Shown here piece after piece: positions 37,081-46,257 of a stretch of DNA of 64,000 nt. The position numbers and the translations under genes were made by a program. Origin of the DNA: an uncultured Actinomycetota bacterium (lineage in GTDB: Bacteria > Actinomycetota > Actinomycetes > Mycobacteriales > Nakamurellaceae); contig CAVSRE010000010.1 in the NCBI GenBank assembly GCA_963730295.1, positions 5,310-69,309 of the forward strand. The letters run 5' to 3'. A model generated the notes under the pieces. That model ran no database searches. It had not been told where the DNA came from and saw only the letters and a list, made by a program, of their open reading frames with translations. Positions within the stretch are counted from its first letter, which is position 1. Every line of letters begins with the position of its first letter.

Positions 37081-38145
37081 ATGGCAGACAAAAAGGTGAT
37101 CGGGGAGAAGGGCGGCGTCGCACCTTTGCGCCTGACAGCCAACCTGTTCGGGCTTTCGTTCGGGATCTGCGGCTTGGCCCAGTGCTGGTCGGCCGCGGAA
37201 AGGCTGGTCGGTGCCCCGGCGTGGCCGGCAGTTATCCTCTGGGTCCTCGCCGGCCTGACCTGGATCATCACCCTGGTCGCCTATGTCGCCAACATTGTTG
37301 CTACGGGGCGCCTGCGAACCGAATTGGCCGACCCGATCTTTGCTCCGTTCACTGCGCTCATCGTCATTGTGCCGATGCTGATCGGGATAGCCCTGGCGCC
37401 GATCCAGCCGCTTCTTGGCAGATCGCTCTTCCTGACCGGCATGGTGCTCACGATTCTCCTCGGCGGATGGTTGACCGGCGGGTGGATCCTGCAGAACCTG
37501 ACCCTGGCTCAATGGCATCCCGGCTACTTCCTGCCAACGGTGGCCGGCGGCCTCATCGCAGCGGCCGGTTGCGCGTCCCTGGGGTATGACGGCCTGGCAA
37601 TGCTGATGATGGGCTACGGCACGGTGTGCTGGCTGGTCCTGGGATCGATCCTGCTGCTGCGGCTGTTCACCCAACCCGCGCTGCCCACGCCCCTGCTCCC
37701 GACGATGGCGATAGAGCTGGCACCGCCGGTGGTCGCGGGTAACGCCTGGTTCACCATCAACGGTCATCGACCGGATGCGATCGCGTTCGCGCTGGCGGGG
37801 TACGCGATCCTCATGGTGATGGTGCAAATTCGACTCTTTCCGGCCTATCGGCGGGCGCCATTCGGTCCGGGATCATGGGCTTACGCCTTCTCTTATGCAG
37901 CGGCATTCACCATCGCAATCAATTGGCTGGCCGCGGAACAGGTCGGTCAGCAGGCGATGTTGACCTACGCCCTGCTCTTGCCGATCACAGTGGCGATCGG
38001 TGTGCTCGCCCTTCTAACGATTCGTGGCCTCGCACGCAACACCTATCTCCCCAGGGCCGCACCAAAGGTCACCAGCGCTCCTCCAGCAAGACCCGTCCCT
38101 TCGCGGAACACAGCGTCAACCGTCACCGCCGGCCAGGAAAGCTGA
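37081..38145 (+). CDS. TDT-family (TehA/Mae1/SLAC1-like) anion/dicarboxylate transporter
   Basis: 354 aa with about 10 hydrophobic segments. The N-terminal pattern LRLTANLFGLSFGICGLAQCW is typical of the TehA family. Confidence 0.8.
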   Translation: MADKKVIGEKGGVAPLRLTANLFGLSFGICGLAQCWSAAERLVGAPAWPAVILWVLAGLTWIITLVAYVANIVATGRLRTELADPIFAPFTALIVIVPMLIGIALAPIQPLLGRSLFLTGMVLTILLGGWLTGGWILQNLTLAQWHPGYFLPTVAGGLIAAAGCASLGYDGLAMLMMGYGTVCWLVLGSILLLRLFTQPALPTPLLPTMAIELAPPVVAGNAWFTINGHRPDAIAFALAGYAILMVMVQIRLFPAYRRAPFGPGSWAYAFSYAAAFTIAINWLAAEQVGQQAMLTYALLLPITVAIGVLALLTIRGLARNTYLPRAAPKVTSAPPARPVPSRNTASTVTAGQES

Positions 38146-38393
38146 TCGCCGATGGCGGGGTAGGGCTAACCCGACGGCGATCTCCGGCCAGCCCGACATC
38201 ATTGTCCGGCCAGTAGGGCTGACCGAGAGCCCGGGGATTGCGAACATTTCCGTGGAACGCATTGCAGGAATCGGTTCGGTGAATGACCGGACGAGCGGAT
38301 GTGAACCCGCTCTTGTCGCCTGCCACAGCCGCTGACCCACAGCCGCAGGGCATGCAACGGAACAACAAATGTCCAACCAGGAAAGGCAGCATC

Positions 38394-39227
38394 ATGCCCA
38401 CAGTCACCGTCGGCCAGGAAAACGGCCACGACATCGAGATCTTCTACAAGGATTGGGGGAGTGGGCAGCCCGTGGTGTTCAGCCACGGCTGGCCGCTGAC
38501 CGCGGATGTGTGGGACGGGTCGGCGAATTTTGTTGCCTCCCATGGTTTCCGTGCTGTTGCCCATGATCGCCGCGGCGGGGGTCGGTCCAGTCAGCCCTGG
38601 GACGGCAACGACCTGGACCACTACGCAGACGATCTGGCTGCAGTGATCGAAACGCTGGATCTCAACGACGTTGTCCTGGTGGGGCACTCGACCGGTGGCG
38701 GCGAAGTCACCCGGTACATCGGCCGGCACGGAACCGCCCGGGTGGCGAAAGTCGTTCTGCTCGGCGCGATTCCGCCGCTGATGCTCAGGACCGAAGCCAA
38801 TCCCGAAGGCCTGCCCATCGCACCGTTCGATGAGATCCGGGACGGTGTCCTGACCGATCGATCGCAGTATTACCGAGATCTGGCGTACCCGTTCTTCGGA
38901 GCCAACCGGGACGGGTCGACCGTCTCACAGGGCGCCAGGGATGCGTTCTGGCTGATGTCGATGAGCGTCGGCATCAAAGGCGCCTACGACTGCATCAAGG
39001 CCTTCTCCGAAACTGACCTCACCGAAGACCTGAAGAAGATCGACGTCCCCACGTTGATCCTGCACGGCGACGACGACCAGATCGTGCCCATCGGCGCGGC
39101 GGCCCTCAAATCGTCCAGGATTGTGCCGAACGCGACGCTGAAGATCTATCCCGGTGCGCCCCACGGGTTGACCGGGGCACACGAGCAGGAATTCAACAAA
39201 GACCTGCTGGCCTTCCTGACCAACTAG
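38394..39227 (+). CDS. Alpha/beta hydrolase, non-heme haloperoxidase/arylesterase family
   Basis: Motifs are [29 protein letters not shown] and HGDDDQIVP, then PHGL. ATG at 38394. Confidence 0.85.
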   Translation: MPTVTVGQENGHDIEIFYKDWGSGQPVVFSHGWPLTADVWDGSANFVASHGFRAVAHDRRGGGRSSQPWDGNDLDHYADDLAAVIETLDLNDVVLVGHSTGGGEVTRYIGRHGTARVAKVVLLGAIPPLMLRTEANPEGLPIAPFDEIRDGVLTDRSQYYRDLAYPFFGANRDGSTVSQGARDAFWLMSMSVGIKGAYDCIKAFSETDLTEDLKKIDVPTLILHGDDDQIVPIGAAALKSSRIVPNATLKIYPGAPHGLTGAHEQEFNKDLLAFLTN

Positions 39228-39266
39228 AACCCATTCCCGACCTCCATTGATCAGAAGGACACCGCC

Positions 39267-39517
39267 ATGACCGAGAACTACTCGGAATCGCCGACTGTCG
39301 CCCTGGTGCACGGCGGTGTCCCCGCCTGGAAGACGCTGCCTTCCTGGGCGGTCGTCGCAACCGAAATGACAAGGCCGCCGGGGTCGACGTCACACTGTCC
39401 ATGGCCCAGCGGGCCGGTGCGGAGATCCTGGAGATCGACGGCTCCCACCTCGTCATGATCTCGCATCCGCAAGAGGTCACCGACGTGATCCTCACGGCCC
39501 TGCAGAAGCTGAGTTGA
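39267..39517 (+). pseudogene. Alpha/beta hydrolase remnant (internal deletion plus frameshift)
   Basis: The N-terminal stub PTVALVHGG is joined directly to a C-terminal segment WKTLPSWAVVATE. After a frame change this continues as NDKAAGVDVTLSMAQRAGAEILEIDGSHLVMISHPQEVTDVILTALQKLS with a stop at 39515-39517. Confidence 0.5.
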
Positions 39518-39522
39518 ACGCC

Positions 39523-39891
39523 ATGCCAACTTCGTCGGCGACCACCGATGCGCTCGCCGGGAGACTCCACCGTACCGAGCTGCAGCACCAACCCTCGTCG
39601 ATCCCCGGGCGGGACATTGTGCAGGTCCTGACCGAGATCCCGGCTGGTGTCGAATCGGGTTGGCACACCCACCCCGGCGAGGAAGTCGGATACATCCTCG
39701 CCGGGACGGTGAAGATGATGATCGAGGGAAAGCCGACGCTCACCCTGCACGCCGGGGACCCTTTCCTGATGCCGCCCGGGCAACCACACAATGCACTGGA
39801 TGTGGGCCCCGAGACCGGCCGGATGCTCTCCACCTACGTCGTCGAGAACGACCAGCCGCTGGCGACCCTGACCGGCGGCCCTGCAACCTGA
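39523..39891 (+). CDS. Cupin-domain protein
   Basis: Motifs are GWHTHPGEEVGYILAGT and PGQPHNA. An in-frame TTG lies at 39514. Confidence 0.75.
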   Translation: MPTSSATTDALAGRLHRTELQHQPSSIPGRDIVQVLTEIPAGVESGWHTHPGEEVGYILAGTVKMMIEGKPTLTLHAGDPFLMPPGQPHNALDVGPETGRMLSTYVVENDQPLATLTGGPAT

Positions 39892-39916
39892 CCGGTACGC
39901 CGGGTACCGCACCCGG

Positions 39917-41131
39917 GTGCGCCGCGAGATGTCAAACGACGGAGACCAGATGAACGACGGCTTGGACGATCTCGCGGCGTTTCTCATGCACCGAACCGCT
40001 GACACGGATACGTCCGAGGTCGACCGCATGTCGATCTTCGTCCTGGTAGGCGCCTACCATGAAGGGGACGACCCGCAATTGGTCGCAGCCGCGCTGCGGA
40101 CCGCGGCCAGTGCTTTCACCGATCACCCGGACTACCGCCCCGAATGGGCCGTGCGGCAAGGGGAGGAAAACACCACCCTCACCGGATCAATCGATCCCTT
40201 GGATGTCCTGCCCAGGCTGGAACCGTTGCACCATGTGCGCACTGATGTACTCGAAATCGCCTACTACGAAGCGGGTCCGGCTGACGGTGAGGTCGTGGTC
40301 CTGTTGCACGGGTTCCCGTACGACATCCACAGCTATGTGGAAGTGATTCCGCGACTGGCCCGTGCCGGTCGTCGGGTGATCGTGCCCTACCTTCGTGGTC
40401 ACGGACCAACCCGCTTCCTGCACGGCGCCACCCCCCGGTCGGGTCAGCAGGCGGCGATCGGCGACGACGTCATTGCACTGCTCGACGCGCTCGACATCCC
40501 ACGCGCTGTCTTCGCCGGTTTCGACTGGGGCGGCCGCGCAGCCTGCGTGGCCGCCGCTCTCTGGCCCACACGGTGTATCGGGCTGGTCTGCGTCAACAGT
40601 TACCTGATCCAGGACATCAAGAACGCCATGACGCCCATCCGGCCGGATCTCGAAGCGGGCCTGTGGTATTTCTACTACTTCCTCACCGAACGCGGACGGG
40701 CCGGCCTCACCGCCAACCGGCGTGACATCGCCATGGTGATCTGGACGCGGAATTCCCCGAAATGGACGTTCACTGAACAGACGTTCCACCGCGCCGCCGT
40801 GGCCTTCGACAATCCCGACTTCGTCGAAGTCGTTCTGCACTCCTACCGTCATCGACTCGGACTCGCACCCGGTTACCCACCGTATGACGAGATCGAGGCC
40901 AAACTGGCTGAACAGCCGACAATCGCCGTTCCGACCATCACCCTGGACGGCACGGCAGACGGCAACTTCCCGGCCACAGATGGCACCGTCACCGCGCATC
41001 ACTTCACCGGACCCCGCCGGCACCAACAGGTACCGAACGCCGGGCACAACCTGCCCCAGGAATCCCCCGACGAATTCTCCGAAGCAATCCTTGAACTCGG
41101 CTCGCTTCAACAGCCATCGCCCGGAACATGA
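39917..41131 (+). CDS. Alpha/beta hydrolase, epoxide-hydrolase/haloalkane-dehalogenase-like
   Basis: Motifs are LLHGFPYDIHSY and the nucleophile GFDWGG. The ~105 codons before the hydrolase core are unrecognised, so the true start is uncertain (alternative TTG near 40199). Confidence 0.75.
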   Translation: MRREMSNDGDQMNDGLDDLAAFLMHRTADTDTSEVDRMSIFVLVGAYHEGDDPQLVAAALRTAASAFTDHPDYRPEWAVRQGEENTTLTGSIDPLDVLPRLEPLHHVRTDVLEIAYYEAGPADGEVVVLLHGFPYDIHSYVEVIPRLARAGRRVIVPYLRGHGPTRFLHGATPRSGQQAAIGDDVIALLDALDIPRAVFAGFDWGGRAACVAAALWPTRCIGLVCVNSYLIQDIKNAMTPIRPDLEAGLWYFYYFLTERGRAGLTANRRDIAMVIWTRNSPKWTFTEQTFHRAAVAFDNPDFVEVVLHSYRHRLGLAPGYPPYDEIEAKLAEQPTIAVPTITLDGTADGNFPATDGTVTAHHFTGPRRHQQVPNAGHNLPQESPDEFSEAILELGSLQQPSPGT

Positions 41132-41171
41132 GAAGTAACCCACCTCAAGAGCTCAAGGGCAGGATGCGGCC

Positions 41172-41810
41172 GTGACCGGACCTCCTTCACCCCGAGTGCT
41201 TGGCGTCAATGTCGGACAACCTCGACCGGTGACCACCGGCCGGCGCATTGTCGACACCGCTATCTGGAAAACCCCGGTCGACGGTCCCGTCCGGGTCCGC
41301 GGAGTCAACCTCGACGGCGACGCGCAAGCTGACCGCTCAGTGCACGGCGGACCCGACAAGGCCGTGTACGCCTACGCCATCGAGGAGATCCGCGCCTGGG
41401 AAAGCGAACTCGGCCGCCAACTTGATACCGCGGCCTTCGGGGAGAACCTGACCACCGAAGGCATCGACGTTTCCGGCGGCCTGATCGGGGAGCGTTGGCA
41501 GATCGGAACCACAGTGCTGGAAATAGCCCAACCCAGGTTGCCCTGTTTCAAGCTGGGTATACGCCTGGGAACCCCGGCATTCGTCCGGCAATTCGCTCTG
41601 GCATCACGTCCCGGCGCCTACCTACGCATCATCGAGGAAGGCCAACTCCAAGCCGGAGACGAGATTACCGTCGCCTACCAACCGGACCACCACGTGACCA
41701 TGCGTCTGATCTTCGATGCAATCCTGCTCGACCGAACGCTCATCCCCCAAGTACTCCAAGCGCCACAACTACCACCCCACCTCCGGGAATGGATGTCCAA
41801 GATCAGCTAG
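41172..41810 (+). CDS. MOSC-domain protein (YiiM-like)
   Basis: Motifs are VNLDGDAQADRSVHGGPDKAVYAY, GENLTTEG and EIAQPRLPCFKLG with the conserved Cys. The start is GTG. Confidence 0.8.
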   Translation: MTGPPSPRVLGVNVGQPRPVTTGRRIVDTAIWKTPVDGPVRVRGVNLDGDAQADRSVHGGPDKAVYAYAIEEIRAWESELGRQLDTAAFGENLTTEGIDVSGGLIGERWQIGTTVLEIAQPRLPCFKLGIRLGTPAFVRQFALASRPGAYLRIIEEGQLQAGDEITVAYQPDHHVTMRLIFDAILLDRTLIPQVLQAPQLPPHLREWMSKIS

Positions 41811-42022
41811 CCCCCAGAACTTGGTTGGCGACGCAGCCAGCGATGAACAGCCACCCGGGCCTGGTACTGCTCGACCAAGGCAGCCACCCGGTCGAGGTCC
41901 CACATTGGCCCGGCGCCGCGTCCGAGCTGGCCGGCCTGGTGGGTAGGACCGGTCAGTCGGTGTCGACGGCGGTCGGGATGGCGTTCACGGCTGATCGTGC
42001 CATCTGCCCACCCACTGAGGGC

Positions 42023-43282
42023 TCAGGCCAGTCGTTCGATGATCATCGCCATGCCCTGGCCACCGCCGACGCACATCGTTTCGAGCCCGAGGGTGGCGTC
42101 ACCTTCGCGCAGCCCGTTCATCAGGGTGGTGGTGATTCGCGCCCCCGTCATGCCGAAGGGGTGGCCGAGCGCGATGCTGCCGCCGTTCACGTTGAGCCGG
42201 TCGATGTCTATGCCCAGCTCGCGGTAGCTCGGGATCACCTGTGCGGCAAAGGCTTCGTTGATCTCTGCCAGGTCGATGTCGCCGATCGTCATGCCCGCAG
42301 TGGCCAACGCGCGCCGAGTCGCCTCGACCGGTCCGAGTCCCATGATTTCCGGGGAAAGGGCTGACACCCCGGTCGCGACTATCCGCGCCAACGGCCGGAC
42401 GCCGAGCTCTGCGGCCCGTTGGTCGCTCATGATCACCAGGGCGGCGGCGCCATCGTTCAGCGGGCAGGAGTTGCCGGCCGTGACGCTGCCGCCGACCTGG
42501 AACACCGGTTTGAGACCGGACAGCCCGTCGAGGGTGGTCTGCGGTCGTGGGCTTTCGTCGGCGTCGACGATGGTGCCGTCGGGCAGGGTGACCGGGGTGA
42601 TCTCGTTGGCCCAGAAGCCGTCTGCAGCGGCCTTGGCGGCCAGTGTTTGGGATCGCAGCGCGAACTCGTCCTGTTCGACCCTGGTGATGCCACGCAAACC
42701 GGCCACGTTTTCGGCGGTCTGACCCATCCCGATGTAGTAGTCGGGCAGGTCGCCGTCCTCGCGCGGGTCGTGCCAAACGCCGGCCCCGCCCGCCGCCCGA
42801 GCCAGGCTGCGGGTGTGCGCGGTGTCGAACTGCAGGTCGAGGTAAGGGTTGTTGCCAACCGATCCCTTGGGATCGGCGTCGGTGACTGGCGGAGTGTCGC
42901 TGCCGCCGATCCTGAAGCTGCTGACGCATTCGACGCCGGCGGAAATGAACGTGTGACCCTCGCCGGCACGGATAGCGTGCATGGCCATCCGGCTGGTCTG
43001 CAGGCTCGACGCGCAGTACCGGGTAATCGTCGCACCGGGGACGCCGTCGAGGCCGAGCAGCACGGCGACCACCCTGGCCATGTTCCAGCCCTGCTCGCCG
43101 CCGGGCATGCCGCAACCGAGCAGGATGTCGTCGATGGTTGCGGGGTCCAATTCGGGAACCTGGTCCAAGGCGGCCCTGACCATCATCGCGGTCAGTTGGT
43201 CGGGGCGGGTGTCCTTCAGCGCACCCTTGAACGCGCGGCCGATCGGCGAGCGCGCGGCGGCAACGATGACTGCTTCAGACAT
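42023..43282 (-). CDS. Acetyl-CoA C-acetyltransferase (thiolase)
   Basis: Motifs are [16 protein letters not shown], active-site YCASSLQ, NEAFA and C-terminal CVGGGQG. AAGGAAGGA lies upstream of the ATG. Confidence 0.9.
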   Translation of the reverse strand: MSEAVIVAAARSPIGRAFKGALKDTRPDQLTAMMVRAALDQVPELDPATIDDILLGCGMPGGEQGWNMARVVAVLLGLDGVPGATITRYCASSLQTSRMAMHAIRAGEGHTFISAGVECVSSFRIGGSDTPPVTDADPKGSVGNNPYLDLQFDTAHTRSLARAAGGAGVWHDPREDGDLPDYYIGMGQTAENVAGLRGITRVEQDEFALRSQTLAAKAAADGFWANEITPVTLPDGTIVDADESPRPQTTLDGLSGLKPVFQVGGSVTAGNSCPLNDGAAALVIMSDQRAAELGVRPLARIVATGVSALSPEIMGLGPVEATRRALATAGMTIGDIDLAEINEAFAAQVIPSYRELGIDIDRLNVNGGSIALGHPFGMTGARITTTLMNGLREGDATLGLETMCVGGGQGMAMIIERLA

Positions 43283-43393
43283 GGTTGGTGTCCTTCCTTT
43301 GTGGTGTGGCGCATTGTTTGCGGCGTTGCTATCAACGCCACGGTTGGACTCCCGTTGACCACGCAGCGATGCAGGAATTCCTCGATCGGATGC

Positions 43394-45377
43394 TCATCGG
43401 AGAGCGGCGTGCGGTGAGCCGTGATCCTTCTGATGGCCGTCGTGGTCTCTGTCGTCGTGGTCTCTAATGTTGGGGCCGGCCGCGGTGCCTGGTTCTGGTC
43501 GCAGAACCTGCATGAGTGCGTCGAGAATTGATGCATCGTCGATGGTGGAGGGCACCTGGTGAGGTTCTCCGTCGGCCATGCTGCCCATCATTTTTCGCAG
43601 GATCTTGCCGGAACGTGTCTTCGGCAGGACGGCCACGACGTCGACGTCACGCAGCGCAGCAACGGCGCCGATCTGGTCCCGGACCATTCGCACGAGCTCG
43701 GCGCAGACCTTCTGCAGGTAGGCGGTGTCGGTCGGAACGCCGGTCTTGAGGACTACCAGGGCCCGGGGAAGCTGGCCTTTGAGGGGGTCGGTGACGCCGA
43801 ACACCGCGCATTCGGCAACGTCCGGGTGGCTGGCAAGGACCTCTTCCATGGAGCCGGTGGAGAGCCGGTGCCCGGCAACATTCATGACGTCGTCGGTTCG
43901 GCCCATCACGTAGAGGTATCCGTCGCTGTCGGTGTAGCCGCCGTCGCCGGTGAGGTAGTAGCCGTCGAAGGTGGACATGTAGGAGCGGACGAAGCGCTCG
44001 TCGTCGTTCCAGAGGGTGGGCAGCGCCCCGGGGGGCAGCGGCAGCTTGATCACGATCGACCCGTCCGCACCGGGCTGGGCCGGTGTGCCGTCCGAGGTCA
44101 GGACCTGCACGTCCCAGCCGGGCAGCGGCCGGGTCGGCGAGCCGGGTTTGAGCGGGAGCAGTTCGATGCCGGTCGGGTTGGCGACGATCGGCCAGCCGGA
44201 CTCGGTTTGCCACCAGTGGTCGATGACTGGGACCCCGAGCAGATTCGTCGCCCAGTGGTAGGTCTCCGGGTCCAGGCGTTCGCCGGCTAGGAACAGGTAC
44301 TTGAGGCCGGACAGGTCATAGCCGCGGAGGAATTCGCCATGCGGATCCTCCTTCTTGATGGCCCGGAACGCCGTGGGGGCGGTGAAGATGCATTTCACAT
44401 GGTGTTCAGCGGCCACCCGCCAGAACTGGCCGGCATCGGGCGTGCCGACTGGTTTGCCCTCGTAGAGCACGGTCGTGGCCCCGGCCAGCAGCGGCCCGTA
44501 CACGATGTAGGAATGCCCGACGACCCAGCCGACGTCGGACGCGGTGAACATGGTGTCGCCGGGGCCAATGCTGTAAACGTTGGGCATCGACCACTGCAGC
44601 GCGACGGCATACCCGCCGCTGTCCCGCACGACGCCTTTCGGCTTCCCGGTGGTCCCGGAGGTGTAGAGGATGTACAGCGGGTCGGTGGCCTTGACCATGA
44701 CCGGTTCGGCCGGCACGGCGGACGCCACGGCCTGCGCCCAGTCGACGTCGTCGGGAGCCAATCGAACCGGGGCCTGCGGGCGTTGCAGGATGACCCGCTT
44801 GACCTGCTTGTGCTCCGCCAGCTCGAGGGCCCTGTTCAGCATGGGTAGGTACTCGATGACCTTCTTGCCCTCGATCCCGCACGACGCCGACACCACCACC
44901 GACGGTTTGGCATCGTCGATCCGCAGGGCCAGCTCCTTGGCTGCGAAGCCACCGAAAACGACCGAGTGCACCGCCCCGAGCCGGGCGCGTGGCCAGCATC
45001 GCGATCGCCGCCTCGGGGATCATCGGCATGTAGATGATCACCAGGTCGCCCTTGCCGACGCCCAGCCCGGCGAGCACGCCGGCGAACGCGGCGACCTCAT
45101 CACGCAGTTGGCGGTAGGTGTATGTGCGCTGCGTCCCGGTGACCGGGCTGTCGTAGATCAGCGCGGCCTGCTCGCCGCGACCCGCGTCGACATGCCGGTC
45201 GAGAGCATTGACCGAAACGTTCAACTCCCCGTCGGGGAACCACCGGTAGAACGGCGGATTGGACGAGTCCAAGGCACGCGTCGGCGACACGTGCCAGTCG
45301 ATCGCCCTGGCCGCCTGCAACCAGAACGCTCCCGGGTCCTCCACGCTGGCGCGGAAAATGTTGTCGTACGTGCCCAT
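43394..45377 (-). pseudogene. AMP-forming acyl-CoA synthetase (acetate/propionate--CoA ligase family), interrupted by a single extra nucleotide
   Basis: The N-terminal part ...IYMPMIPEAAIAMLA and the C-terminal part ARLGAVHSVVFGGFAAKEL... are in different frames. Four nt (44987-44990) sit where the conserved Cys codon of MLACARxGA is expected. The span of 1984 nt is not a multiple of 3. The C-terminal LPKTRSGKILRK motif is present. Confidence 0.8.
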
Positions 45378-46257
45378 GTCCGGTCCTCTGCATCATCGTC
45401 GGCGCGGATGCACGCGCCACGCCGGGAGACCGCCACCACGCTCGCATCCCGTCAATGACGGCTCGATGCGCTCGTCTGGTCGGTGCGATCAGGGCGGCCG
45501 ACCTTGGGGCCGGCCGCACAGCGAATGTTGGAGTTTCGACCCTGCGGGGTCATTCGCTATCGGCCACTGTGTCCGCCTATCCAGCGCATGTCAAGCACAC
45601 CGGCGAAATTACTTTGGGTAGTCTATTTGGCCATCATACCCGGACCGAACCAGAAAATGGATGAGCGTTCGGGTTGAATGCGGGGCAAATGGGGGGTCAG
45701 CCGTTTGGCAGGCGCCCGATTAAATAGGCCAATGTGCTGCTCGTGACAAGGGACCTTCGACCCTACTCCGATGTTCAGGCTCGGCGCACAATTGTACGGG
45801 CGGCTTGGGAGTTGACTGTCCGACGTCCAGGCCGGAAGCGGCAGGCAAGGCTGGACAACGCATTTCGGGTCTACCCGGAACGATCGAAGAAGCCTCGAAA
45901 GCTGCTGCTTCACCTGCGGCGGTGCACTGGGCGCCGACGACGGACCTGATTGGAACGACCCATCCGGATGAAAGACGGATAAAATCGGTGAATGCAAGTT
46001 CCGGTCGCCCGACATCAATAGGGTCGGCCGAGCAGACGGGACTGAAATGGCTTGAGTGAGGACCTTTCGGCAAGGAAGCACGACTACGAAACAAGGGCGG
46101 CGGGGGCACCCGAAATGTCGATGATCGCGCTCCCCGGTTTTGCCACGGCGTCCCGAAGATAATGATCGATGGCCTTGGCCGTCAGGGCCCGGACGCCGGG
46201 GACCCGAGTATGCCCTGGGTCGATCGCGGCACTCAACACGAGCTACCCACGTCGAAT

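Noticed and set aside
41811-42022. A minus-strand frame with a protein-like stretch ([19 protein letters not shown]) between the MOSC and thiolase genes
   Set aside because: It is too short, has no start or motif, and I cannot assign a family. It may be a gene fragment but is unsupported.
43431-43470. Short tandem duplication CGTCGTGGTCTCT x2 at the 3' end of the acyl-CoA synthetase
   Set aside because: It encodes a His/Asp-rich low-complexity C-terminal tail (RDHDDRDHD). It looks like simple slippage with no evident regulatory structure.
45825-45853. GTCCAGGCCGGAAGCGGCAGGCAAGGCTGG, superficially like the conserved SRP (4.5S) RNA helix-8 motif
   Set aside because: The GGAA tetraloop is not closed by a proper stem. 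The symmetric-loop sequence differs from CAGGUCCGGAAGGAAGCAGCC, and there is no complementary 3' strand nearby. It is probably coincidence.
45950-46030. GGTGAA-containing stretch that briefly suggested a cobalamin riboswitch
   Set aside because: There is no B12 box (GCCACTG) and no matching AGGGAA element, and a PHA synthase is not an expected B12-regulated gene.
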